Assembly (NCBI GenBank): GCA_052327205.1
Contig: CM126223.1
Coordinates: forward strand, 64,790,001-64,854,000
Direction: 5' to 3'
Source: Somniosus microcephalus
Lineage: Eukaryota
DNA: 64,000 nt
Positions 49,390 through 62,318 of this stretch are shown here, in pieces (position 1 is the stretch's first letter; each line of letters starts with the position of its first letter). Both the position numbers and the translations under genes were made by a program. A model generated the notes under the pieces. The model did no database searches. It was not told the DNA's origin and was given only the letters and a program-made list of their open reading frames with translations.

Positions 49390-50165
49390 TTCATAGAATC
49401 AGAGTTATACAGCACAGAAAGAGGCCCTTCGGCCCATCGTGTCTGCACCAGCCATCAAGCCCTGTCTATTCTAATCCCATTTTCCATCACTTGGTCCGTA
49501 GCCTTGTATGCTATGGCGTTTCAAGTGCTCATCTAAATGCTTCTTGAATGTTGAGAGGGTTCCTGCCTCTACCACCCTTTCAGGCAGTGAGTTCCAGATT
49601 CCAACCACCCTCTGGGTGAAAAAGTTTTTCCTCAAATCCCCTCTAAACCTCCTGCCCCTTACCTTGAAACTATGCCCCTGGTTATTGACCCCTCTACTAA
49701 AAAGGGGAAAAGTTCCTTTCTATCTACCCTATCTATGCCCCTCATAATTTTGTACACCTCAATCAGGACCCCCCCCCTCAGCTCTAAGGAAAACACCCCA
49801 GCCTGTCCAGTCTCTCTTCATAGCTGAAGCGCTCCAGCCCAGGTAACATCCCGGTGAATCTCCTCTGCACCCTCTCCAATGCAATCACATCCTTCCTATA
49901 GTGTGGCGACCAGGACTGCACAGTATTCCAGCTGTGGCCTAACTAGCATTTAGTACAGCTCCATCATAACCTCCCTGCTCTTATATTCTATGCCTCAGCT
50001 AATGAAGGCAAGTATCCCATATGCCTTTTTAACCACCTTATCTACCTGCCCTGCTGCCTTCAGGGATCTATGTACATGCACACCAAGGTCTCTCGGATCC
50101 TCTGTCCTTCCTAGGGTCCTACCATTCATTGTGTATTCCCTTGTCTTGTTAGTTCTCCCAAAATG
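49390..50165 (-). mobile_element. CR1 LINE 3' fragment of a different subfamily
   Basis: Tail catagaatcagagttatacagcacagaaagaggcccttcggcccatc; accctctgggtgaaaaagtttttcctc; decayed LEYCxQSWSPHYRKDV on the minus strand. Confidence 0.85.
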
Positions 50166-51179
50166 CTTTGTTCAAGACTCGTCAACTGGAGACAAAAATG
50201 TACACTGCCAGTACTCAGATAGCCATTAACTTGCTTACTTGCCTTCCCCCACACAAAGTACAGCAATTTCACAGGGGAACCTGCCAATGCACCTCAACTG
50301 CTGTTACTGAATTTAACATAGAAGAGAATGTTTGATGGAAAACAAAATCTCTAAAGATTTGCATTAGGTATGTCGTGATAGAAATGGCATTCTATACTAG
50401 GGGTGAAGGTTTTCTTTAGATACTCAGGATCAAAAGGTTTGAGGCAATGTGCAGTTGAAAGCAGGTTGGTACAAATCACCGTTCGTACCAATTTTGTTTT
50501 ATAAGCAAGATATAAACTTAGTTCTGGCAGGTCTGATGTACAACTCCTCTAATTACTTCAAATTTAGGATGTGTTCCAACTACATTTGAGAAAAAAAAAC
50601 TGTCCTATTTTCTGCAACTTGAAAATGTAATGAATAAATTGTGCACAGATATGTACTAAATCGAACAGATAATCTTTCAGGTCGCGCATCAAAAGAATAT
50701 AACTGAAGACTGAAAATTAAGATGCATGACCCAAACCTTTATTTTTTAATTTATAGCAACACAATATCATTTAAGTTACAGTTTGCCAACATTTAGCTTT
50801 AATATAAAATAAAAGTTGAGTCTGTGCCATCCACATGAAACTTCTTGGTTGCAAAAGAAAATATTTAAAATTAAGGACAAGGAAAAGATGAGGCTACAAA
50901 ATCAATTGATTATGAATGAACCGATCACTGATTGACATCGGCCTCAGAACCCATAAAAATGTCCCAAGTGGGACACAATAGTCATTCATTTTACTATTCA
51001 ATCACCTCCCTTGGTTTTTCCTTGACCATCCAATTCCAAGCATTTGTGTTACAAGATGGCATAGTGATGTAGAACATACGAGTTTCAATGAGCTAATTTA
51101 TATGGAAGGACATAAGGTTTGCACAGATTCCCCATAATGTGATCTTATCACAGCTGTGTCATCAAAAGACAAGTGAGTA

Positions 51180-51490
51180 CAGGAAACTTTTTTTTATCCG
51201 GCACAGACAGGACCGACGTGGTGCCGGTTCATCAAAAATTCCGGATAACCGAAAGCGATAGTAAAAGATACCGAGCTGAGAGCTCCGTATAAAGCAACAA
51301 ACCAACAGGTTCAGAACAATGGCCACAAGTTGCAAGCGTCTCTGTAGCTTAGCAACAGCTGCAGCCACACCCTTGCACAGCAACAGATGGAGGAAGGCAA
51401 GTAATAAAAGTTACCTGAACCTACTCCTGAATTTTGCCTGTTAACCGAGATTTCCGGTTATTTAGGTGCCAGTAAATCGAAAGTTTCCTG
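51180..51490. mobile_element. Tigger/pogo-type MITE, family A copy 3
   Basis: TA TSDs; TIRs caggaaacttt and aaagtttcctg; closely similar to copy 1. Confidence 0.85.
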
Positions 51491-51757
51491 TAAACAGTGG
51501 AAGGCAAGTCACCTCAAGTCACCAGCTGCATTAGCAAAGACATGCAATGCAAGCAGGTTTCCAGCTCACCCTTCTGAGAAATGGCAAGCATGGAAAGACA
51601 TTGGGAATAGAAGTGAATTTTAAAAGTACGTTGCTGCTGCTGTTCGCAAGCAAGAAACAAACTAGATGTACGTAAAGCAATTTTTAAACTTGAGTCCTCC
51701 ATTAATTTATCCCATTTAAAATCATGCAAGCTGCCAACTGGAGATCTCACTTCTCAC

Positions 51758-51909
51758 CTTGGCTCGGTTGTTTCTGGACGAGGATGCGTTTCGGTGTAAC
51801 TCAGCGTCTGTGTCCTCATCAGAAGCTACACTATCGTAATCGTGCTGATCATCGCCAAAATCACTGTCGGGACGATCATTTTGGTTCCGTAGAAGATATT
51901 CAATATTTT
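51758..51909 (-). CDS. GIT1: GIT1 coding exon containing the DYDSVASDED motif
   Basis: ttcattcag| ... |gtgaga; 152 nt, phase 1/0; (E)NIEYLLRNQNDRPDSDFGDDQHDYDSVASDEDTDAELHRNASSSRNNRAK. Confidence 0.95.
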
Positions 51910-52824
51910 CTGAATGAAAAGAAGGGAGCTTAGTTTGCCATTACAGCTTTATTTATTTTTGCTTGTGTTTAAGGGGTTAAGTTAATAATCACACACAGAT
52001 GCATACAAGAAAAGTTGGCATTGTACTCCTGGAGGTGCTGGGCAGACACTTCCCACAGGCAGAGTGGGAAAATCTGTCAGTCTGCCCATTCCAGTCATGT
52101 ACCTCCGAGCAATCCATTACACACAGTTCTAGCAACACGTCAGCAACCCTCACATCTGGGGAATGGTTTTTGCAAATCTAAAATATACACAGGATGCAAG
52201 GCACTGATAGTGGCCAGCAGTCTTCTGAAAGAATCCAGGGAAATAACAGAACAAGAAAACGCAAGTCTGGTGAGAACTTATGGTTGTTCCAAAACAAAAC
52301 CCAAGATATGCTAGTGAGTGTATGTAAAGTATTTTTTCCATAAAAGAAACCCATTCTCCAATAAAGGGAGCAGACTACCAAATAATGGTGAATATTTTAT
52401 TTGTAAAACTATTTTGAACAGAAATTGGGTAAAAATTAGAAAGAGAGAATGTTAGAAAAGAAGAAATCTACATAAAAATCTCTAACAGGTAAGTACTATT
52501 AAATCTCAATACCTTTGGTCAAAATCAGTGTCAGTGTGCATTGGTAGTGCATGAAAACCAATAAATCAGCAGCAGCAGATTACACAGGTAATTGAAACAG
52601 CTCTGTGGTTCACACAATTAGTTGTAATGTTTTAAATTGGAAAAAAAACATGAATGTTACTGCTTTACTTTCAAACGTTTTGAATCTCAATTCAAAATAG
52701 GTGGTGGCCAGTTTTTAGGGGTGGCATGGAGGAAGAACTACTTTCAATACAAAGTACTTTCCCTCAACACTCAAGACATTTTAAAAGTGAATTTCTCCAG
52801 TTTCTTTAAAATTTGTTTGAGATG

Positions 52825-53430
52825 TTTTAAGGCCATATTTATTGCCCATTCCTAGTTGCCCCGAGGTGGTGGTGGTGGGCCGCCTTCTTGAACCGCTGCA
52901 GTCCTTGTGGCGATGGTGCTCCCACAATGCTGTTAGTAGAGAATTCCAGGATTTTGTTCCAGCAAGTGAAGGAACAGTGATACATGTCCAAATCAGAATA
53001 GCGTGCAACTCGAGGGGAACAAATTCCCATGACATTGCTGCCCTTGTTCTTCAGTGGTAGAGGTTGTGGCTGGGAGACAGGGTTATGAGGTGCTGCTGAA
53101 GTAAGATGGAGACATGCCACAATGGATCCTGTGGATAGCACATATTCAGCCACAATGAGTCAGTGCTGGAGGGTTGAATAATGAGTCTAATGGCAGGGGT
53201 GTCAGTCAAGCATACTACGCTGTCCTTGGTGGTATTGGACCTTTGAGTGTTGTTGCTGCACCTATCTAGGCAAGTGGATTCTATCTCACTTCTGACTATT
53301 GACCTGTGGAGGGGCTTTTCAGGGCTCAGGAGGTGAGCCACTCAGCATACCTAACCTCTGTCTTGCTATGGTGCTGATATGCTGGTCCAGTTAAGCTGCT
53401 GGTTAATGGTGACCGCTAAGATGTTGGGGT
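52825..53430 (-). mobile_element. Degraded copy of the CR1-group LINE family seen at 10855-12480
   Basis: Shared tail tttattgcccattcctagttgccccgaggtggtggtggtgggccgccttcttgaaccgctgcagtcc. Confidence 0.75.
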
Positions 53431-54561
53431 ACACAGCAGGTCAGGTGGTGGTTGTTGAGTTTTTACTTGAGAATGACACACACTTCAGGTATATCGTCAG
53501 CTAGGGTGGCGGTGTGGGTATTACAAATGGGCTTTGGGAGAGTAGGTCAGAGGGATAGGGAGGGGGAAAGAGAAGATAAGTCTGGAAATCAGTTACTGTT
53601 CCCACTTTCGATCATTAGTTAGAGTGGGCCGGCTAATTGCACATACCTAGAAAGGTCAAGATCTAGAAACAACACTTTTTCTCTCTTTGATCTCTCTCTC
53701 TCTCTACACCCTTGACTAGCCTGACTGACTGCATGAGGCAGCACCTTCATAAATAAGAGAAAGGAGGGATAGAATAGGGCAGACTGTTCCAGACACTTTC
53801 CCCACCTGTGAAATACCATGAGAAGATGCAACCTACAGACATCAATAAGGATCAGTCTGGAACAGAATGGAATGTGCAGCCACATCTATGTTTGTAGGTT
53901 TCTCAGGATCTGTGATTTTTGTTACTGGTTGAGATGTTCTCTGACCGCTGTTTGCTAAGCAATGGAGAATATCAGCCAGTAAACAAATTCAAACAAAACA
54001 TATGATTATATAAACAAAAGTATCACACAATGAAATAGTCTTCTAGATCACTGATGTGCACGCCTGTGGAATAAAAATTGCTTCAACATGTAGTATTTCA
54101 AACTTTTCAAAACACAGTTTTTTTTGCATGAAAATATGAATATCTCCCACTGATTACAATATTTTTTGCCTAGTACTCAAAGGCTCTCATATTTGCATTT
54201 CATTGTACACCACTGAACTCTGAATCTCAGATGAATCACTGTGGAAAGGTACTATGTTGGGAAGGGAGGGAACAGAGTCGTCCTCAGGGTACTTATGCAT
54301 GCCTCCGGGCATCTAGTTTAAAGTGGGATTTTCAGTGGTCAAACAAAACATCATCTGTCCACTGCATCTACCCTTTGAGTGGCAAACCAAAAATGTGAGT
54401 GGTGGTAGGGAATTAAATACCCTTAAAAAAAAATTGAGTTTTAAGTTTAATATGCAAAATCAATGACATTTAGACTCCCTAGTGTCTAATTTGCCTAAAT
54501 ATTTCTGAACTGTGCCATATTTATATCTAAAGCTTACAAGTTCTATTAGGCTGGGTGCGCG

Positions 54562-54595
54562 AGCAGAATGCCACTATGTGACCACTAGGGGGCTC
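54562..54595 (+). promoter_or_regulatory. Candidate CTCF binding site (core plus upstream module)
   Basis: tgaccactagggggctc (54579-54595) closely matches the CTCF core TGGCCAC(C/T)AGGGGGCGC, preceded by agcagaatgcc resembling the upstream GCAG module. Not inside a recognisable repeat. Confidence 0.6.
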
Positions 54596-55065
54596 AAGGG
54601 TTGCTCATTCACTAATTTGGCAACGCTTCTCCACATCACCCCGAATGATAGTCCAAATGGAGATTGGAACTGAGCCACGTAAGAGCGTGAATCAGTGTCT
54701 CACTGCACTACGATGCATTAGAGCATCTGAAATGATTTTAAACCGATTATGCTGTAAAAACAAACAATTTGAGTGAACATTTCAAGATACTGGAATTGCA
54801 GCAGAAATACCAAACCAACTGTGTCATTATTCCCAAACCCCTCATTAAACACGCTAGGTCACAGAAGGTATTTTAAGCTGGTTAACACGGGCATCTTCAC
54901 AAAAATGGAGAGGACAGAATAGAAAGGCTAAGTGCCACCATTAACAAGCTTAACATCCCTATTTTTGTGTTACATTGTGTAATTGCCGAGAGTGCAAAAT
55001 CTCAGCTAGTGATCAAGTCATTATACAGATATATAAACATTGAAAGTTTAAAAAAAGTTACTTAC

Positions 55066-55177
55066 CTATTGGACTAGCTAGTGTCTTTCCATGCTGCCTT
55101 CTCTTTGCATCACTAAGAATGTCAATAATCAGGGTTGCAAACTCCCGGGCATTAAACCTGGCAAGTTTTTGTCGTCC
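55066..55177 (-). CDS. GIT1: GIT1 coding exon (second Spa2-homology repeat); upstream exons appear to lie outside the window
   Basis: cttcttttcag| ... |gtaagt; 112 nt, phase 0/1; GRQKLARFNAREFATLIIDILSDAKRRQHGKTLASPI(E). Confidence 0.97.
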
Positions 55178-56589
55178 CTGAAAAGAAGAATATTGTAAAT
55201 GGAGAATTTATCAATGGTTAACGGTGAGGTTTTGCAAGACTTGTAACAAGAGGTCTTCTTTGTTAAAAGTCCTTCGGCTCGAACTGAAGACAGAGGCTTT
55301 CTTCTCGGCGAATGTTTTTCTCTTGTCCCTCGTCTGGCCGCAGTCTGCTGACCCACTTTCAAATAGTTTTTAAACCACACAGCCAAAGTAACCAATGATC
55401 ACTGGGATCACTTGAACCCAGCTGGGGAAATATGCAAGGCGTGCCAGCAACTGAGCCAATCAAAAGCCACTGAACTTTGAGATTTCAAAGCAAGAAAAAA
55501 AATAATAAAAATCCGATAGAGACCACAGGGCCAGAACACGCCACGGAATAAACTGTTCATTGTTAAAAATAGATCAGATTTTCCCTCATTTACAGTGCAC
55601 AAGCATAAACATAGGAATGTGGACTGAAAAGGGAATGCAGAGCCACTGTAATCCTCCACAGGTTTAGCTGACCTGCTGCTATTCATTATGTCAATGCAAT
55701 TCAGATCAGAACAGTAACGGGACTGTATTTTCCCTGGTATCAAATTCTTTTTTTTTTAAATGTGACCTCAGTTTTAAAACATCTTTGCAGACCCTAGATG
55801 AAAACCATTCCCCACATTCTAATGTAGCAGCACTTCATTTTGCACAGATCAGCTGCACAGAAACATGCGAGAAATAATACCCAGCATCTGGTAGGAACAA
55901 GTTTGGTTTTTTTTTTTTTTTTTAAATGCACACACAAAAAAAGTCACATCAATAGGCAAGTGAGAGAATATTGTTACCTTAATCAGTTTAAGCTGACAGA
56001 GCTGCCTGTGATGTGGAATTAGGCAAGGCTGGTCATATAGGTGCAGAGACCCGGAGAAACTTTCAAACCAACTCCAACTGAGTACATTCAAAATGTGCAT
56101 GACTGACAAATATAATAGCTAACCAATGCAATAGGGACAATATTCTCATGCTACATTTTTACTGCAGCTACCAGGTTCAGACACATATACAACGTACGAT
56201 GTTAAGCTGACAGATCCAGGTTCTACTGCCAGTTTAACTTGCATTGATTTCAACAATGGACAGCTCTATGTGTGTGCTTGAACACGTGCAGAGCTCTGCA
56301 CCTTGGCCAGCTAAAGTTTACTGTTGAGAGCGTGGGCAGTAGTATCCACTTTCTCTCGCCATTAGAACATTGAAAAGCAAGTGTATAAAGTGCCTAGGAC
56401 CACCTGGAAATTTCTAAAGTGTAGCTTTGAGTATACTCATTCAGTGCAAAATCAAAATCGTAACTATCTTTTTATTGCGGGAATCACAAGTCATTCTTGT
56501 ACACGCAGGAGTCAGTGGCCACCTAAATCCCAAGCTACACGATCACTTTCAGGTGATGAACACCTGGAACCACTCGGTTTCAACAACTA

Positions 56590-58033
56590 GCAGTATTTAT
56601 ATGGCATCTTTAACAGAGAAACCTCCCACGGTACTACACAGAGGCATAATCAGAAAAAATGGACACCAAGCATAAAGTGAAAATAGTAGGAGGGGTGACC
56701 AAAAGGTTGGTCAAGGAGGTGGGTTCTAAGGAGGGTGTTAAAGGAGGAGAGGGCAGTAGAGAGGCAGAGGGGTTTAAGGAAGGGAATTCAAGAGTGTGGG
56801 ACCTATCCAGTTGAAGGCATGGCCACCAATGGTGGAGTTCACAAAGATAGTTGGGGAGGGGTCGGGGCACAGTGGGTGAGGCAATAAAGGGATTTAAACA
56901 TGAGGATGCAAATTTTATATGGTGGTGTAGGGGACTAGGAGCCAAAGTAAGTCAGTGAGAACAGGGTTGATGGGTAATCGGCATTTGGTGTGGGATACGA
57001 TACAGGCAGCAGAGTGGAGAATGAACTGAAGTTTACAGAGGGTGGAGGTTGGGAGGCTGCCAGGAGAGCTTTGGAATTGTCACGTCAGGAGGTGACAAAG
57101 GCATGGTTGAGGGTTGCAGCAGCAGATAGGCTGAGATAGATGCAGAGGCTTGTGACATTACAGAGGTAGGGAAAGAAATCTGCCGTCCTTACCCGGTCTG
57201 GCCTATATGCGACTCCAGAACCACAGCAATGTGGTTGACTCTTAACTGCCCTCTGAAATAGCCTAGCAAGTTAATCAATCAGTTATATAAGGCGGCTCAC
57301 CACCACCTTCGAGGGCAATTAGGGATGGGCAGTAAATGTTGGCCTCGTCAGTGACGCCCACATCCCTTGATTAAATAAAAAAAGGTAGAAATGGTGGTCT
57401 TTATGACGGACAGGATCTGGGTCACAAGTGCAGTATGAGGTCAAATAGGATCCTAAGATTGCAAGCAGTCTGGGTCAGCCTGAAACAATGGCCAGGGACA
57501 GGGTTGGAACTGGGAGCAAAGGTACAGGATTTGAGATAGGAGGCTAAAGATGCTGGCTTCAGTCTTCCCAAAACTTAATCGGGGAAATTGTGGTTCATCC
57601 ATGACTGGATGTCTGACAACACAGGCACAATGGCGGGGTTGAGTCAGGTAGTGGAGGTGTAAAGCTGGGTGCCGGCTGCATACTTAGGTAATGGTGATGG
57701 GGTAGAAGAGCAGCCATTGCTGGAGATGCTCTGGCTATGAACCAAATGAGAGTGCTCCAGAGATAGACAATGCAGGAGAAGCATTGGAGGAGGATAGTGT
57801 GGTTGACCAAATCAAAGACTGCTGAGATGTTGAGGAGGATGAGGTGAGATAATGCACCACAGTCATCATCACAGAGAACGTAATTTGTGACTTTGGTTAG
57901 TGTTGATTCAGTGCTGCGGCAGAGCCAGAAACTGATTGGAGATTTTCAAACATAGGTACTGATTTGGGAGATGGCAGCACATTCAAAGACTTGAGAGGAA
58001 AGGATAGTGTGCAAGGACAGAAGGGTTGAGGAC

Positions 58034-58073
<40 letters not shown>

Positions 58074-58630
58074 GGTGAGGACTGCAGTTTTGAAAGGAAG
58101 GGGGGAACAGTACTCGAAGAGAGGGAGCCATTTACAATGTCCACTAGCATGGAGTCGGAGAAGGGAAGTTGTTGGCCAGCAGTTTCGTAGGACTGTGGTC
58201 AAGGAGAGGAGGTGGGTCTCAAGGACAAGATGAGCTCAGAGAAAAAACGGGTTCAAGGTGAGCGCAGCAGACGCCCAAGGGTATGCTTGGCTTGCTGGGC
58301 AAGAAGACAGGGCAGTGGAAGCCACGGATGCAGCTGTAATGGATGGTCTCAATTTTAGTGACAAAAGTCATCCAAGAGCTCCTCGCACTTGTTGGACTTA
58401 AGAGTAGGCACAGCAGGCAAGAGGGTTTAAAGAGACAGTTGATAATGCAGAAGAGAAGCGGAGGCTATCTTTGTTCTCCAGGACAATCCGGGAGTAGTGG
58501 GAAGTTTTGGCAGAAGAAAGTGAGGCCCGATAGCACGATGTGGTCCAGCCAAATCTGCTGATAGATGGTTACATCAGTTGAGTGTTAAATGCACTAAAGT
58601 CTGCTTCCCTTGGATTTGATGGAGCAAAGA
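56590..58630 (-). mobile_element. Degraded L2-type LINE remnant with an inserted SINE fragment and a 33-nt poly(T) run
   Basis: Minus-strand tail ..aaagatgccatataaatactg; RT remnants (FDLVNHTILLQ, ENLQSVSGSAAALNQH); poly(T) near 58036-58068. Confidence 0.65.
57170..57382 (+). mobile_element. 5'-truncated SINE sharing its 3' tail with the 10855-12480 LINE family
   Basis: Ends aaggcggctcaccaccaccttcgagggcaattagggatgggcagtaaatg..gacgcccacatccc plus an A tail; candidate TSD aggtag at 57164-57169 and 57383-57388. Confidence 0.75.
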
Positions 58631-58639
58631 TGAACAGCT

Positions 58640-59880
58640 GACAGAACTTTAGAAGGGGAAGATCCTGACTGACCAACCTCATTGTCTTTGAGTAAGCGAA
58701 ACCCCAAGTGGACAATCATTTGTATTGATATAATGCCCTTAATGTAGAAATATGCCCCAAGGCACTTCACAGAGGTGTAATCTTACAAAAATCAATGGAA
58801 AACCATAGAGCTCATATTTCCAAGCAGCTTTCAATAAGGTTTCTCATAAAAGAGGCTGCCATTGAAACGAACAGCAGTGGGAATTCAAGGCAAGACATGG
58901 ATGTGGATAAGGAATTGGCTGGACAAAAGGAATGAGTGAGTAATTCCCAAGGGAATGTGCATATTGAGTAGAGTGTGCCAGGGATTGGCGCTGGAGCTCC
59001 TGCTGCTCTTCAACTATATTAAATGACTTGGATTCAGAAACCCAATGCAAACTGATTACATTGACAGACAATACTAAACTGAGGTGGAATGGGGGTGGGA
59101 AGAGATGAGAAAGGCTATCAAGTCACAGCTGCCAAAAAGAGTTAGATAAAATCTTCATATGAATAGATAGCCATGAAATTAAACACAGAAGTGCAAGGTA
59201 CTATACATTAGAAGAAAAAACGGTGTCAAAGTATATTATGAATGATGCAAGAATAGCCAACGATGAATAGAAGGGAATTTGGAGGTGCTGATGGATTCAG
59301 GTCTTGATAACATCAAATTGTTGAGGAGCAACAATAGAGTGAATGGATTATGTTGTGAGATCAGCACAGTGCAAGTCAGGAACTGCACTGTACCATGGTC
59401 AGACTGCACATTGATTACTATGTTTAGTTTTGGTCACCAAGACACAAGAGAAACATTCCAAGCCATGGAAGTGCTGCAGAATCCGGGGTTAACCTCTTGG
59501 TGTCAAAGGACTCAGTTAAGAGAGACTCGAGAAAGTTGGACACCATGTTTGAAAGGAGATTACTGAGAGAGGATCTTATAAAAATATACAAGTTATACAT
59601 CTAGAGCACTACTACAAGCTGGACTAAGATACTAAAATACATAGGATACCCTAAATGTGATGAAAAGATAATTTAGGACCAATCTCAGGAAGAACTTCAA
59701 GCAAAGAGTGATCAACGTTGGAGCAGTCTTTTGGGTCGGGTTGGGAAGGCAAAAAACTTTAGATTCATTCAAGATACAGTTCGAGGATGTGATGGGGACA
59801 AGCAAAGTTTAAAAAAAATTCTGGATGGATGAGCCAAAATGAGTTTAATGGTCTCCCTCAGTTGCATTTATCTTGCAATC
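58640..59880 (+). mobile_element. Old degraded CR1-type LINE
   Basis: Decayed motifs agatcctgactgaccaacctcattg, tatattaaatgacttggat, acaatactaaact and tttaggaccaatctcaggaag, plus a CR1-like tail near 59830. Confidence 0.55.
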
Positions 59881-61240
59881 TTGCATAACTGGACACGAAA
59901 ACACTGCATCCTTCCTCTGAAATACTGAATTACCCAGTTAGCTTACAACATGAAGTTAGCACCTTACAGCATCTGTAAACAGACATTCACCAACCTGGAA
60001 TACAGAACATTCTAAAACTGCAATTAAGCAAACAGACGGACATTAAAAGGACTCGAGATGCTGATTCTCCGCTATCTAATTTGTCCGACAGACCTCACTA
60101 TTCAAGTAGATGGGCTGAGGTTGCTAATTACAGAAAGCTGAACATTTGAAATTTCAGGCTGTCTCCAAGAATATTTGTATCTTTGCTACTAATTAAAAAC
60201 TACCTTCAGTAATAAGACATTGTAAAACCCGGATTGCTTTTAAAAATTCAACATAAACAGCGCTTGCAGCTGCTTTTATTTTTTAGAGCAGCTCCTAGTT
60301 TATTATTTTTAGAGCAGTATTTGATTAGTAAAATTTACTACTTTGGGGAAAATCATTTTTGTAGTCATAAGATTCTAGAAAAAGATACGTGTATTTTGAA
60401 AGCTGTATAGGTCATTCAATACTCCAAGGATTGAAGAAAAAATGAAATATTAAAACTAAATATATTGAAAGCATAAACCGTAAAGCTGAAAGCAGAACAT
60501 TAAAGATTCATAAAAAGAACTTGTTTTTCTAAAGCAGTGTGATTTACGGCTTTCATTTTGAAAATAGTTATTAACAGAATATACAAAAGCCATAGCATTT
60601 GTTGTAGGTCACTTCAATCTTTATCCCTATAATACACTGCACCTTCAAACGTTCCAGAAATCATCTACTGGGAGTCATCTGTAGATGTTTAAACTTCACG
60701 AACATTTTAACGGAGCAAAAGGGAAATTTTGGGTGCAATGTAGCCAACTACCCAAATGATGAACAAAAATAAATGATATAGTTTGCTGTCAGTAACAATA
60801 TACTGAAGTACAAAAACAGGGCAGCTACAGCATATCCTTCTCTGGCCACTTCACCAACCCCTCGTTCCAACAGTTAGCTCTCCACTCGGTTATTATTTAC
60901 CTCCTCCAAAGCTGCCACTACCAAAGTTGCTTGCTGCAGAGACATTGGCTGGTATTTTCCCTACCTGGGCGGATCTGGTACGGATGGCCGCCACGGCGGA
61001 TCACGAGCCTGTTGCTGGTTCCATCCCGCTCTACAAAACAACTTAACATTAATAGGGCCCATTAAGCCCACCCTGCGCGTTACCCAGCCCAATTAAATGG
61101 TGCGGGTCTGGTGACGTCATCGATGACGCGTTTTCAGCCGGGATATTTAAAAGAGCCATGGCCACATTGCATTTGAAGGTTCATCCAAGATTGTGCAGTC
61201 AGCGCACTGCACAACTCCACTGCTGCCCAGACTGGCAAAG

Positions 61241-61480
61241 ATGACTGCACACAGGCAGAGGGCTGCACCCATATTCTTCAATGAACCCCTCCATATGCTT
61301 GTGGAGGGAATCAGAGCACGCAGGGAGGTCCTCTTCTCTGCTGATGGCTAGAAGAGACCTCCTCAGCAGACCAAGACAGCATGGCTCCAAATTGCAGGGG
61401 AGGTCAACAGCACAGATGTCATCAGGAGGACCTGGGTGCAGTGTTGTAAGTGTTTCAATGATCTTGTTAGATCAGGAAAG
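61241..61480 (+). pseudogene. Harbinger Myb/SANT-like (MSANTD/NAIF1-like) DNA-binding protein, exon 1, with a premature stop
   Basis: MTAHRQRAAPIFFNEPLHMLVEGIRARREVLFSADG*KRPPQQTKTAWLQIAGEVNSTDVIRRTWVQCCKCFNDLVRSGK; TAG at 61349-61351; further decayed exons start near 61722 and 62336. Confidence 0.8.
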
Positions 61481-61986
61481 GTCCTGCACATCCTTACTCT
61501 CACCAACATACCTTGCACCTCCACCCATCCCTATCTACATCATGATATCCCCATCTTACTAGCCACCCCTCACCCTCATCCTAGCGCAATCATACCAACT
61601 AAATACACAAGGTCACTTAGAATTGCCATCCCACTTCATCAGGCACCCTCTACAGATGTTACCCATCCATTCCTTACACTCATTCCATCACTCTAACTCA
61701 ACCTTCTTTCCCTCCTTGCAGGAAAATAGCCCGTAATAAGAGGGAGAGGGAGAACACTGGCAGTGGAACCCCATCAACAGCTATCCTCAACAGCAGAGCT
61801 GTCGGGAGTCGCAGAGCACCTGGAGGTGGGAGACGAAGAAAGGGGGACATCTCAGCAACCTGGTGACAGAATTACATACCAAACAGCTACATGGCATTCA
61901 TCAGTCACTCATATGGGGACTGATGTCAGCAGCCATTGAAAGATCATGTGCATAATGGTCTCTGTACCCAATCTACATATGACATA

Positions 61987-62318
61987 CAGGAAACTTTGAG
62001 ATATCCGGCACCGACGGGACCGAGCTGTTGCCGATCTATCAAAACTGCCGGACATACAAAGTTAATGTTGAAGCATACGGAGGTTTTCATCTCCGTATCT
62101 GACAACAAACACTGTTGCTTAGCAACAGCTTCTAAAGAGTCGGCTGCAGCTGCAAGCGTCTGTAGCTGAAGCTGTTGCCATAGCTACAGACCTTGCACTG
62201 GCTGACTGGGAAAAAAAAAAGAACGAGATCTAAAAAAACTTCAGAAAACGGCTCCTGATTTTTGCTGTTAGATCGAGTATTCCGGACATACAACCTCCGG
62301 ATAAACCAAAGTTTCCTG
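61987..62318. mobile_element. Tigger/pogo-type MITE, family A copy 4 (more diverged), nested in the Harbinger element
   Basis: TA TSDs; TIRs caggaaactttg and caaagtttcctg; atccggcaccgacgggaccga near the left end. Confidence 0.82.

Noticed and set aside
19370-55177. Calling the gene GIT2
   Set aside because: The C-terminal TREKKQ, the RRDRQA.SMYE and IR.GVS segments, and adjacency to TP53I13 all indicate GIT1.
55129-55395. 88-aa minus-strand ORF starting MVTLAVWF as the preceding GIT1 exon
   Set aside because: It is in a different frame from the true exon and does not match the expected AVWLATQNHS..PFLPVNPEYSATRNQ sequence; that exon seems to lie beyond the window.
60276-60317. Short direct repeat ttattttttagagcag twice
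   Set aside because: A small AT-rich slippage-type duplication with no further structure.
24185-62318. CRISPR-like or regularly spaced repeat array
   Set aside because: The recurring elements are dispersed kilobases apart with TIRs and TA TSDs; there is no repeat-spacer periodicity and the DNA is vertebrate.
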